DNA of 36,449 bases, taken from Pseudolabrys sp. (GTDB taxonomy: Bacteria; Pseudomonadota; Alphaproteobacteria; Rhizobiales; Xanthobacteraceae). A program made the translations under genes and the position numbers. The stretch covers positions 1-36,449 of the forward strand of contig DATBTA010000306.1 of NCBI GenBank assembly GCA_036559505.1, read 5' to 3'. The notes under the pieces were generated by a model. It did no database searches, was not told the DNA's origin, and worked only from the letters and a program-made list of their open reading frames with translations. Shown in pieces: positions 10,485-19,155 of the stretch (the first letter of the stretch is position 1; every line of letters begins with the position of its first letter).

Positions 10485-12304
10485 CAGGTCGCGGGAAGGC
10501 GCACGATGAAGCGGGCGCCGAGCACCCGCGACGGCTGGCCGCCCATGCGATTTTCAACGCGGATGGTGCCGCCATGCGCCTCGACGATCTGCTTGGAGAT
10601 CGACAGGCCAAGCCCGGAATTCTGACCGAAGCCCTGTTCCGGCCGATCGGTATAGAAGCGCTCGAAGATCTTATCGAGCGCTTCCGGCCGGATACCCGGT
10701 CCCTCGTCGTCGACCAGGATTTCCACCTCGCCGCGCAGCCGGCGGCAGGTGATGCGCACGGTGCCTCCCGCGGGCGAGAACGAGCGCGCGTTGTCGACCA
10801 GGTTGCTGACGACCTGGCCGATCCTAGAGTCGTGACCCGCTATCTTGAACTCGGACAGCGGGCCGCCCTCGAACGTGAGCGCCACGTTGACATCGTCGGT
10901 GCGAACTTCGTTCGCGGCCTTGACCAGCGCGTCGAGCATTTTTGCGAGATCGATGGGGGCCGCCTCCTGGCGCTGAAGTTCCGCATCGAGCCGGCTGGCA
11001 TCGGAAATATCCGAGATGAGCCGGTCGAGACGCTTCACGTCATGCTCAATCACGGCAAGCAAACGCTGGCGGCTCTGTTCCGTTTTTGCGACCGGAAGCG
11101 TTTCCACGGCCGAGCGCAACGAGGTCAGCGGGTTGCGCAATTCGTGGGCCACGTCGGCTGCGAAGCTCTCGATCGCCTCGATGCGGGTGTAGAGCGCGTT
11201 CGTCATGTCGCGCAAAGCGCGGGACAATTCGCCGATTTCATCGCGCCGGCGGGTGAAGTCCGGAATCTCGACGCGCGTGCGGATGCGCCGCCGGACCCGT
11301 TCCGCACCGTCGGCGAGACGCCGCACCGGACCGGCGATAGTTCCCGCAAGCAGCATCGACAGAACGACCATGACGCCGGCTGCGACCAAAAACACTTTCA
11401 CGATCGCAAGACGCTCGGCTTCAACCATGTCGTCAATATCGGCGCCCTGTGTTGACAGCATCAGCGCGCCACGGACCGCGCGGAAGCGTTGCACCGGAAC
11501 AGCAACCGAGACGATCACCTCGCCGCGTTCATTCACGCGCACCATGCTTGCATGGGCGCCGTTAAGCGCCTGCGCGACTTCCTGATAACCTTTGCCGTTC
11601 TCCGGGCCGAGTTCGTTGTAGAGCGGGAGATCGCCGCGCCCGAACCAGCGCCGCAACGCGATAAATGCGCGCTCCATGAGGCCGGGTCGTTCGGCATTCG
11701 GTGGCGGGAGATCGAACCGGAGCACATCGCCGCGACCGTACAGATTCCGGCTGTCGAGGATCAGAACTCCATCGCGATCGTAGATACGCGCGCGCGTTTT
11801 GGTCGGCGACACGAGGCGCCGCAATACCGGCGCTACGCGCTCTGGGTTGATCGGAAACTCAATGCCGGACAGCGCTTCATCGGAAGGGCCGTAGCTTTCG
11901 CCGGCCTGCAATTCGAGAAGGCGCTCCGGATCGATCGTGATGGAGTCGGTCTCTACGGTCGCCGACGCAGCGATCGCGCCGGCAATGATTTCGCTTTGCG
12001 TGAGCAGACTTTGCACGCGCGCATCAATCAGGCCGGCGCGGAACTGCGAGAGATAGAGCACGCCGGTGACGAGGGCGACCAGGCCGGCAAGGTTGAGGAA
12101 GACGATGCGGCGGGTGAGGCTCGAGAAGCTCTGCGAAACGAAGAATTGCCACGCCGAGCGCGCCATGCGCCGCATGGCCGACTCTTGCCGGGGCTGGGCA
12201 TGCGTCGTCACCACGTCGCGGCTTTCGGCCTCGGCGTTCGATGCGGCGCTTTCCGTGGTTCGATCAAGCACGTCGTTCAATCCAGCCGGTTGATCGTGAT
12301 CCAA
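10484..12304 (-). CDS. chvG: Sensor histidine kinase ChvG/ExoS/BvrS
   Basis: SSLTRRIVFLNL, a periplasmic sensor, HAMP, H-box DVAHELRNPLTS, NLVDNA, DEGPG and NSGLGLSISKQIV. The true start may be GTG at 12271 (MLDRT). Confidence 0.95.
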   Translation of the reverse strand: MDHDQPAGLNDVLDRTTESAASNAEAESRDVVTTHAQPRQESAMRRMARSAWQFFVSQSFSSLTRRIVFLNLAGLVALVTGVLYLSQFRAGLIDARVQSLLTQSEIIAGAIAASATVETDSITIDPERLLELQAGESYGPSDEALSGIEFPINPERVAPVLRRLVSPTKTRARIYDRDGVLILDSRNLYGRGDVLRFDLPPPNAERPGLMERAFIALRRWFGRGDLPLYNELGPENGKGYQEVAQALNGAHASMVRVNERGEVIVSVAVPVQRFRAVRGALMLSTQGADIDDMVEAERLAIVKVFLVAAGVMVVLSMLLAGTIAGPVRRLADGAERVRRRIRTRVEIPDFTRRRDEIGELSRALRDMTNALYTRIEAIESFAADVAHELRNPLTSLRSAVETLPVAKTEQSRQRLLAVIEHDVKRLDRLISDISDASRLDAELQRQEAAPIDLAKMLDALVKAANEVRTDDVNVALTFEGGPLSEFKIAGHDSRIGQVVSNLVDNARSFSPAGGTVRITCRRLRGEVEILVDDEGPGIRPEALDKIFERFYTDRPEQGFGQNSGLGLSISKQIVEAHGGTIRVENRMGGQPSRVLGARFIVRLPAT

Positions 12305-12378
12305 TCCGATCCGGGGATTTTACCGCAAGCCGGGACTTTCCGTCAGGCCGCCCAAGCGGCTGAAACATTAAGGATTTG

Positions 12379-13077
12379 TCATTCCTTAAAGCGATAGCCG
12401 ACACCGTAAAGCGTCTCGATCATCTCGAAGTCGTCGTCGACAACCTTGAACTTCTTGCGCAGGCGCTTGATGTGACTGTCGATTGTGCGGTCGTCGACAT
12501 AGACCTGGTCGTCGTAGGCAGCGTCCATCAGCGCATTGCGGCTTTTGACGACGCCGGGCCGCGTGGCCAGCGCCTGCAGGATGAGGAACTCGGTAACTGT
12601 CAGAGTGACCGGTTCGCCTTTCCAGGTGCAGGTGTGCCGTTCGGGATCCATGCGCAGCAGCCCGCGCTCGAGCACCTTGGCAGAGTCGATTTCCTTGGGC
12701 GGAGTGCCATCCTTCGGCGTGGCCCGGCGCAACACCGCTTTCACGCGTTCCACCAGCAAACGTTGCGAGAATGGTTTGCGGATGAAATCGTCCGCGCCCA
12801 TCTTGAGCCCGAACAATTCGTCGATCTCCTCGTCCTTCGAGGTGAGAAAGATCACGGGAATGTCGGTCTTCTGACGCAGGCGGCGCAGCGTTTCCATGCC
12901 GTCCATGCGCGGCATCTTGATATCGAGGATTGCGAGATCCGGCGGCGATGTCTTGAAGCCGTCGAGCGCGGAGGCGCCGTCGGTGTAAGTCATGATGCGG
13001 TAGCCTTCCGCTTCGAGCGCCATCGAAACGGAAGTCAGAATATTGCGGTCGTCGTCGACGAGAGCGATTGTCGGCAT
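12379..13077 (-). CDS. chvI: OmpR-family response regulator ChvI/BvrR
   Basis: [43 protein letters not shown] and [10 protein letters not shown]; adjacent to chvG. Confidence 0.97.
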   Translation of the reverse strand: MPTIALVDDDRNILTSVSMALEAEGYRIMTYTDGASALDGFKTSPPDLAILDIKMPRMDGMETLRRLRQKTDIPVIFLTSKDEEIDELFGLKMGADDFIRKPFSQRLLVERVKAVLRRATPKDGTPPKEIDSAKVLERGLLRMDPERHTCTWKGEPVTLTVTEFLILQALATRPGVVKSRNALMDAAYDDQVYVDDRTIDSHIKRLRKKFKVVDDDFEMIETLYGVGYRFKE

Positions 13078-13238
13078 GAGCCCCTCTAGAGCGTGACGTC
13101 CCGCGCGTTTTGAACCCTATAAACGGGGTCTGAAATGTGGCCTCTTTGCAACAACTATGTGATTCGGTAGCGATTACAAGCCCAAGGGACCAAAACTCGT
13201 TTTGCGGGCCTGCAATCGTTAATTCCCAGGGTCTGGCA

Positions 13239-13955
13239 ATGACGCCCGATAAGACATTCGACGCTCGTTTGGCAGCCAAAAAGCTGTTGCGTGAGGCACG
13301 TTCTGGCGCGCTCGCGACCCTCATTCCGGGCCCCGGCGACCCCTACTGTTCTCTTGTGAACGTAGCGACGACCGTTGCCGGCGCCCCGATATTACTGCTT
13401 TCGAATCTGGCGTTGCACACCAAGAACATTCTTTCCGATGCGCGCGTGTCGCTGATGCTCGACGAGAGGAAGTCAGGCGATCCGCTCGAAGGTGCGCGTG
13501 TCATGCTCATGGGCCACTGCAACAAAGACCCCACGACGTCGGCGGCCTATTTGAGGCGTCATCCTGATGCGGAAATGTACGCAAGTTTCGCCGACTTTTC
13601 CTTTTATCGCATGGAAGTCGCCCGCGCGCATTTGGTGGCGGGGTTCGGCCGTATCGTCGATCTCAAGTCCGATGACATCCTCACCGATATCGCCGATGCA
13701 AAACCGCTTGTTGACGCCGAAGCCGATGCCATTGCGCACATGAATACCGATCATGCCGATGCCTGCCGCCTTTACGCGACCAGGTTGCTTGGCGCGACAG
13801 AGGGTGAATGGCGATGCGCCGGCATCGACCCGGAAGGCATCGAGCTGCAAAACGGGCGGGTTGCTTTGCGGCTGCCATTTCCGCGGCGCATCAACGCGCC
13901 CGGCCCATTGCGCGCCACGCTTAGAGAGCTTGCCGAGGCGGCACGATCAAAATGA
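13239..13955 (+). CDS. HugZ-family / pyridoxamine-5'-phosphate-oxidase-like split-barrel protein with C-terminal DUF2470-like domain
   Basis: GALATL...PYCSLV, SNLALHTKNI, AGFGRI and AIAHMNTDHAD...GIDPEG. Start set at ATG 13239. Confidence 0.8.
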   Translation: MTPDKTFDARLAAKKLLREARSGALATLIPGPGDPYCSLVNVATTVAGAPILLLSNLALHTKNILSDARVSLMLDERKSGDPLEGARVMLMGHCNKDPTTSAAYLRRHPDAEMYASFADFSFYRMEVARAHLVAGFGRIVDLKSDDILTDIADAKPLVDAEADAIAHMNTDHADACRLYATRLLGATEGEWRCAGIDPEGIELQNGRVALRLPFPRRINAPGPLRATLRELAEAARSK

Positions 13956-14070
13956 CCGGCGTCGTGCCAAGCCATTAAACATCAAACGTCATATATTTGG
14001 TCGGCGGCGCAACGCGTTAACTTATTGATGCAGCGCAATGCCGTTTGCCGCCAACGCATGGCATTTTGGC

Positions 14071-14099
14071 TTGGCATTAACGGAGCCCCTGACTATGGT
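14071..14099 (+). promoter_or_regulatory. Putative sigma70 promoter of pckA
   Basis: TTGGCA-N17-TATGGT. Confidence 0.5.
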
Positions 14100-14206
14100 C
14101 GCGCGCTTCTGGCCGAGGGGCTATACTGATGTGGTAATGGGCCGCCGGCGGGACCTGAATGCCCGCGAGGGATTTATTAGAGCGGCTGAGTTGGGAGGAA
14201 TTTCGC

Positions 14207-15826
14207 GTGCAAGAGCAGGGTGTGCGGAACAGCGCCTACGGCGCTGACAAATTCGGCTTCAAAAGTCTCGCCGCAGTCCACTGGAACCTGACCGAGCCGC
14301 TGCTCTATGAGCATGCCATTGCGGCAGGGGAAGCTTCGGTCGTGGCGGGCGGGGCGCTCTGCGCCGAGACCGGGCATCACACCGGCCGCAGCCCCAAGGA
14401 CAAGCACACTGTCGTCGATGCGCTCACCGAAAATTCCGTCTGGTGGGATGGCAATCGCAAGATGTCGAAGGAAAACTTCGACAATCTTCTTGCCGACTTC
14501 ATCAAGCACGCGGAAGGCAAGAAGCTTTTCGCGCAGGATCTCTACGGCGGCGCCGACCCGAAATACCGGATCAAGACGCGTATCTTCACAGAACTCGCCT
14601 GGCACTCGCTCTTTATCCGCCAGCTGCTGATCCGCCCTGAGCGTGCCGATCTCGCCAAGTTTGAGCCCGAACTGACGATCCTCGATTTTCCATCATTCAA
14701 GCCGGATGCGAAGCGCCATGGCGGCCGCGAGGGCTCGGATACGATGGTTGCGATCGACTTCACGCGCAAGATCGTGCTGATCTGCGGCTCCTCTTACGCC
14801 GGCGAGATGAAGAAGTCGGTGTTCACCACGCTCAATTTCTATCTGCCGGCGCAGAATGTCGTGCCCATGCATTGCTCGGCGAATGTGAGCCACGAAGGCG
14901 AGAGTGCGCTGTTCTTCGGTCTCTCGGGTACCGGCAAGACCACGCTGTCGGCCGATCCGCATCGCATTCTGATCGGCGACGACGAAACGGGCTGGGGCCC
15001 GGATGGCATCTTCAATTTCGAAGGCGGCTGCTACGCGAAAACGATCAAGCTTTCAAAAGAAGCCGAGCCGATGATCTGGGATGCCACCAACCGTTTTGGT
15101 TGCGTTCTGGAGAACGTCGTTTTCGATCCGGTCACGCGCATTCCTGATTACGATGATGGCTCCAAGACAGAGAACACGCGCTCGGCCTATCCGCTTGACT
15201 TTATCCCGAACGCATCGCGCACTGGACGCGCCGGCCACCCGAAGAACATCATCTTCCTGACCGCCGACGCGTACGGTGTGATGCCGCCGGTCGCGAAGCT
15301 CACGCCCACGCAGGCGATGTATCACTTTTTATCCGGTTACACGGCGAAGGTGGCGGGTACCGAGAAAGGGCTGATAGGTGTGCAGCCGGAATTCTCGACC
15401 TGTTTCGGCGCGCCGTTTCTGCCGCGGCACCCTTCAGTTTATGCGGATCTGCTCCGCGATTACATCAGCAGGCACAATGTCGACGTCTGGCTGGTGAATT
15501 CGGGCTGGACCGGCGGCAAATACGGTGAAGGCCGGCGCATGCCGATCAAGGCGACGCGTACGCTCGTGACCGCTGCCCTCAACGGATCGCTCAAGAACGC
15601 CGATTTCCGGACCGATCCTTATTTCGGCTTCTCCGTGCCGACCTCGGTGAAAGGCGTCGAGCCGCATCTGCTGAATCCGATCAAGACCTGGAAGAACAAG
15701 GCGGAGTTCGACAAGACCGCGCGCGATCTAGTCGCCATGTTCCAGAAGAACTTTGCGAAGTTTGAGAAACACGTCACGCCGGACATCAAGGCGGCGGCCC
15801 CGGAGGTTCGCATCGCGGCTGAATAG
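14207..15826 (+). CDS. pckA: Phosphoenolpyruvate carboxykinase (ATP)
   Basis: [23 protein letters not shown]-loop [24 protein letters not shown] and [11 protein letters not shown] start at 14207 follows GGAGGA. Confidence 0.97.
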   Translation: MQEQGVRNSAYGADKFGFKSLAAVHWNLTEPLLYEHAIAAGEASVVAGGALCAETGHHTGRSPKDKHTVVDALTENSVWWDGNRKMSKENFDNLLADFIKHAEGKKLFAQDLYGGADPKYRIKTRIFTELAWHSLFIRQLLIRPERADLAKFEPELTILDFPSFKPDAKRHGGREGSDTMVAIDFTRKIVLICGSSYAGEMKKSVFTTLNFYLPAQNVVPMHCSANVSHEGESALFFGLSGTGKTTLSADPHRILIGDDETGWGPDGIFNFEGGCYAKTIKLSKEAEPMIWDATNRFGCVLENVVFDPVTRIPDYDDGSKTENTRSAYPLDFIPNASRTGRAGHPKNIIFLTADAYGVMPPVAKLTPTQAMYHFLSGYTAKVAGTEKGLIGVQPEFSTCFGAPFLPRHPSVYADLLRDYISRHNVDVWLVNSGWTGGKYGEGRRMPIKATRTLVTAALNGSLKNADFRTDPYFGFSVPTSVKGVEPHLLNPIKTWKNKAEFDKTARDLVAMFQKNFAKFEKHVTPDIKAAAPEVRIAAE

Positions 15827-15842
15827 GCCCGACGCATGAAAT

Positions 15843-15873
15843 AAAAAGGGCGGCCGCGATAGCTGCCCTTTTT
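15843..15873. terminator. Bidirectional intrinsic terminator between convergent pckA and the Spy/CpxP-like gene
   Basis: AAAAAGGGCGGC-loop-GCTGCCCTTTTT, a GC stem flanked by an A-tract and a T-tract. Confidence 0.85.
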
Positions 15874-15892
15874 CGTTTCTTGCTTTGCCTTG

Positions 15893-17737
15893 TTAGCCGT
15901 TCGACTGCGACAGCTGCTGGCCGATCCGGTTGAAGCGGGCTTTCTGCTCGCCGCTGAGCGATGAGTAGAAGCTCTGCAGTGCCGGCTTCACCGTCTTGGC
16001 CGCGTCGATCATCGACTGCAGGCGCTTTTCCATGGCGTCGAGCCGGCCTGGGGGCGTGAGCGGCGTCTCATCCGGGCACGCTGCCTGCATGATCTCGACT
16101 GCCTTGCTGGTCGCATCCTGCAGTTTGTTCAGCTCGGCTTCCTGCGCGTCGGTCGGATTGATCACGTCCTCAATCTTCTCGATCGGCAGGTTGGCGAGAC
16201 CCGGCTTGGGCTGCTTGCAGGAATCCGCTGCTTGCGCTGCCTCCCGCGCCTCCGCATTGGCTGCGGTGGGCTTCGGGCCGAGCTCGTTGAAGCGCTCCTT
16301 CTGCTCGTCGCTGAGCGACGCATAGAAGTTCTCGAGCGCCGGCCGCACCGTCTGCACGGTCTGAAGCGTCGCCTCGAGCCGCGCCGTCATCGCATCGAGG
16401 CGGCCGGGAGGCGTCAGCGGGAAAGCATCATCCGGCGGACACGAGGCTTTGAACACCGCGGCGGCATCCTGGCTTGCCTTACGGATCTCGCCGAGGAGGT
16501 CCTTCTGCTCTGCATTGAGTCCGACCTTGCGTTCGATATCGGCGAAAGGCCACGCCGTGACGCCGCTGCCCGGCTGCCTGCAAAGGTCCCGAACCGCAGC
16601 GTAGTTTGGACGCGGCGCAGAAGACGTGAGCGGGGATGACGGCGCTGCATAGGCATATTCCTGCGGCGCTCCGGCCTCGCCCCAGAACACGCCGTCGAAG
16701 AAGTCGTCGTAGACATAGGCCCAGTAGCCGTCATCATAGCCCGCGGGCCAGAACGTATAGTCAAAGACGTCGGAATAGGCGTAGGGCCAGAACACCGGCC
16801 CGTACCAGGCCACGAAGGCGGCCCGGTGCCCGTGACGCCAGGCCCGGTGCGCTGCGAGATGCGCGAAGCGATGGCGTCCGTCGAAGCGCGCGGCTTGTCC
16901 GGCGAACGGCGCAGCAAACCGGCCACGCCGCGCCGCATCCTGGGTTACGCGCGCAACGCCGTTACGGCGGTTCGCGCGTTGCGCACGAACGTTGGGTTGC
17001 GACGCATTGGGTTGCAAAAGTTGTTGTCGCGCCGAGGCGCGCTGTTGACGTGCATTCTGTATCTCTTCCCGGCGCTGGGCTCTTTGTGCCGCCGGAAGAC
17101 GCCGCAACGCACGGTCTTCGCGACGCTGCAAGACGCGTTCAGCCCGCAACTGTTGCCGCGTATTGAGTTGTTGCTGCCGCTGCGTCTGCAGATTGGTCTT
17201 GGCTTGTGCGTTCGGCACGTTCGTCCTGGCTTGCGCGTTCGGCACGTTTTGCTTTGCCGGCCCGAGCTGACGCTGGCGTTCTGCACGCAGCTGCTGTCGC
17301 TGAATGTGCCGTTCTTGTTGAACGTGCCGCTGCTGTTGCTGAACATTGCGATTGACCACCGCAGGCGCCTGATGGCGCTGCGGGGCAGCAAAATTTGGCC
17401 TCGGCCCGCTCGGCGCCGACGGGCGCGCGACGTGCGGTGCCGACATTTGCGGGGCTTGCGGTCTTGCAACTTGCGGCCTTGCGACTTGCGGTGGCGCGAC
17501 GCGCGGAGCCGCAACGTGCGGCGCGGCGCGCGGTGCCATCTGTGGCGCGGCAGGCCGCACGGCTGGGGCCGCGGGCCGTGCAGGCGCGGCGTGTGGTGCC
17601 GCACCGGGTCTAGTCCTGGGATCCTGCGCGGCAGCTGTCATTGGAACGGCGATAGCCAGCGCGGCGGCCAACGCCATCCGTCCACCCAAAATCATCATCG
17701 TCCGTCCTCCACCAGCGCGGAACTTAAGCTCCGACAT
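15893..17737 (-). CDS. Secreted Spy/CpxP (LTXXQ)-like protein with two tandem helical domains and a long Pro/Ala/Gln/Arg-rich N-terminal region
   Basis: Signal-peptide-like ALAAALAIAVPMTAAAQ. Two repeats of C...CP..P.TPPGRLDAM..RL...FY.SLS.EQK.RFN. The start may be a few codons downstream. Confidence 0.75.
   Translation of the reverse strand: MSELKFRAGGGRTMMILGGRMALAAALAIAVPMTAAAQDPRTRPGAAPHAAPARPAAPAVRPAAPQMAPRAAPHVAAPRVAPPQVARPQVARPQAPQMSAPHVARPSAPSGPRPNFAAPQRHQAPAVVNRNVQQQQRHVQQERHIQRQQLRAERQRQLGPAKQNVPNAQARTNVPNAQAKTNLQTQRQQQLNTRQQLRAERVLQRREDRALRRLPAAQRAQRREEIQNARQQRASARQQLLQPNASQPNVRAQRANRRNGVARVTQDAARRGRFAAPFAGQAARFDGRHRFAHLAAHRAWRHGHRAAFVAWYGPVFWPYAYSDVFDYTFWPAGYDDGYWAYVYDDFFDGVFWGEAGAPQEYAYAAPSSPLTSSAPRPNYAAVRDLCRQPGSGVTAWPFADIERKVGLNAEQKDLLGEIRKASQDAAAVFKASCPPDDAFPLTPPGRLDAMTARLEATLQTVQTVRPALENFYASLSDEQKERFNELGPKPTAANAEAREAAQAADSCKQPKPGLANLPIEKIEDVINPTDAQEAELNKLQDATSKAVEIMQAACPDETPLTPPGRLDAMEKRLQSMIDAAKTVKPALQSFYSSLSGEQKARFNRIGQQLSQSNG
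17196..17249. repeat. In-frame 27-bp tandem duplication (NVPNAQA(R/K)T x2)
   Basis: gtcttggcttgtgcgttcggcacgttc / gtcctggcttgcgcgttcggcacgttt, with 3 mismatches. Confidence 0.85.
17456..17500. repeat. In-frame 15-bp tandem repeat x3 (VAPPQ/VARPQ/VARPQ)
   Basis: ttgcggtcttgcaac / ttgcggccttgcgac / ttgcggtggcgcgac. Confidence 0.8.
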
Positions 17738-17845
17738 TCAACTGGTTAAACGGACAAGGGTTCATCAATCCGGCGGTCGATCATTCGGATGTGATCGAAC
17801 ATGAACGGGGCTTAATAATATGCGTCGGCGTTTGTCGAAGTTCCG

Positions 17846-19075
17846 CTACCGCCTGGAGCCAAGCGCCCGCAGACGTTCGATCAGCTCGGTGCTCGGGTAA
17901 GAATCCGCGGGCAGTCCGACTTTCAGCTGGGCTTTCTTGACAGCGACACGCGTCTTGGAGCCGACTTTGCCATCGATGTCGCCAATGTCGTCACCTTGCT
18001 GTGTCAGCAGACGCTGCAACTCCATGACCTGCTCCGGCTGCAGAACTTCGATGTCGGGATCGCCTCGGTTGATGGGCGGCGCCCCCGCGAGCCGGGTCGC
18101 GAAATAGGCCACGGTCGTGACGTAGACCATGGAGGAGTTCCAACCGAGCAATGCCTGGAAATTGTCGTAAGTCAGAAACGCCGGCCCGCGGCGGCCCATC
18201 GGGAGCAGCAAGGATGCCTTCACCCCATCCGCCGGCAGCGTGCCGTGCGCGGAACGCACGCCCCACGCCGTCCATTGCGAGCGCGGATGCTGGATGGCCA
18301 AGTCGGCCTGATCCCACGGCAGGTCGCGCGTCAGCCTGACTTCCTCAAGCCATGGCTCGCCGCGCTTCCAGCCCAGATTTTTCAGAAAGTTTGCCGCTGA
18401 CGCGATCGTGTCCGGCGTGCTCTTGACCAGATTGCGCCGTCCATCCCCATCGTAGTCGACGGCGTATTTGTAGTAATCGGATGCCGTGAACTGCATGGCA
18501 CCGAGTTCGCCCGCCCAGTCGCCGCCCTGCATCTCGTCGATCGTCAGGTCGCCGCGTTGCACGATGCGCAATGCATCGAAAAGTTGCGGCCGAAAATAAT
18601 CCGGTCGCCGGCAGTCATAGGCAAGTGTGGTGATGGCCGCGAAGACGTTGCTTTTGCCGGTGTTCTTGCCGAAATCACTTTCCAGGCCCCAGAACGCAGT
18701 GAGGATAGGTGCCGGCACGCCGAATTCCTTTTCGACCTTCGCAAATAGCGCCGCATGGCTTTTAATTTGCTGCTGACCACTCTGCATACGATAGCCGGCG
18801 ATCATGCGGTCGGAGAATTTCAGGAACGACTGGTTGAATACGCCCTGCGCGCGGTCTCGGTTGACGATGCGCTGCTCGAATTGAAGATAAGGCGAGGCAG
18901 CAGCGAGTACCGACGGCGAAATTCCCTGCGAGAGGGCTTCCTTTTTGAAGTCCGCCAGCCATTTGTCGAAGCTGCCGGTGTTGCGGCACGTTGCAGCTTC
19001 GGCGGGCCCAATGTGGGCCGCTGCGAATGCAAGCACAGTTAAAACGGGCAGGGCGAAGCGCATGAAGCCGTCCAT
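17846..19075 (-). CDS. Lytic murein transglycosylase (MltB/SLT_2 family) with C-terminal peptidoglycan-binding domain
   Basis: Signal peptide, FWGLESDFG (catalytic Glu), WAGELGAMQF, EF-hand-like DYDGDGRRNL, and C-terminal LQRLL...DGKVGSKTR. Confidence 0.9.
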   Translation of the reverse strand: MDGFMRFALPVLTVLAFAAAHIGPAEAATCRNTGSFDKWLADFKKEALSQGISPSVLAAASPYLQFEQRIVNRDRAQGVFNQSFLKFSDRMIAGYRMQSGQQQIKSHAALFAKVEKEFGVPAPILTAFWGLESDFGKNTGKSNVFAAITTLAYDCRRPDYFRPQLFDALRIVQRGDLTIDEMQGGDWAGELGAMQFTASDYYKYAVDYDGDGRRNLVKSTPDTIASAANFLKNLGWKRGEPWLEEVRLTRDLPWDQADLAIQHPRSQWTAWGVRSAHGTLPADGVKASLLLPMGRRGPAFLTYDNFQALLGWNSSMVYVTTVAYFATRLAGAPPINRGDPDIEVLQPEQVMELQRLLTQQGDDIGDIDGKVGSKTRVAVKKAQLKVGLPADSYPSTELIERLRALGSRR

Positions 19076-19155
19076 TGCATTTTCAAGCCGAATTTGCCCG
19101 ATGCGGGGATCGGGTCAAGCACCGCCTCTACTACGGTTGCCTCGACTCAGAGTGC

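Noticed and set aside
17196-17500. Tandem repeats considered as a CRISPR-like array
   Set aside because: The repeats are adjacent, in frame within a CDS, lack unique spacers, and no cas genes are present.
17738-17845. ECF-sigma (GAAC...GTT) or OmpR-type repeats upstream of the Spy/CpxP-like gene
   Set aside because: The matches are weak and the gene start is uncertain, so this cannot be supported by eye.
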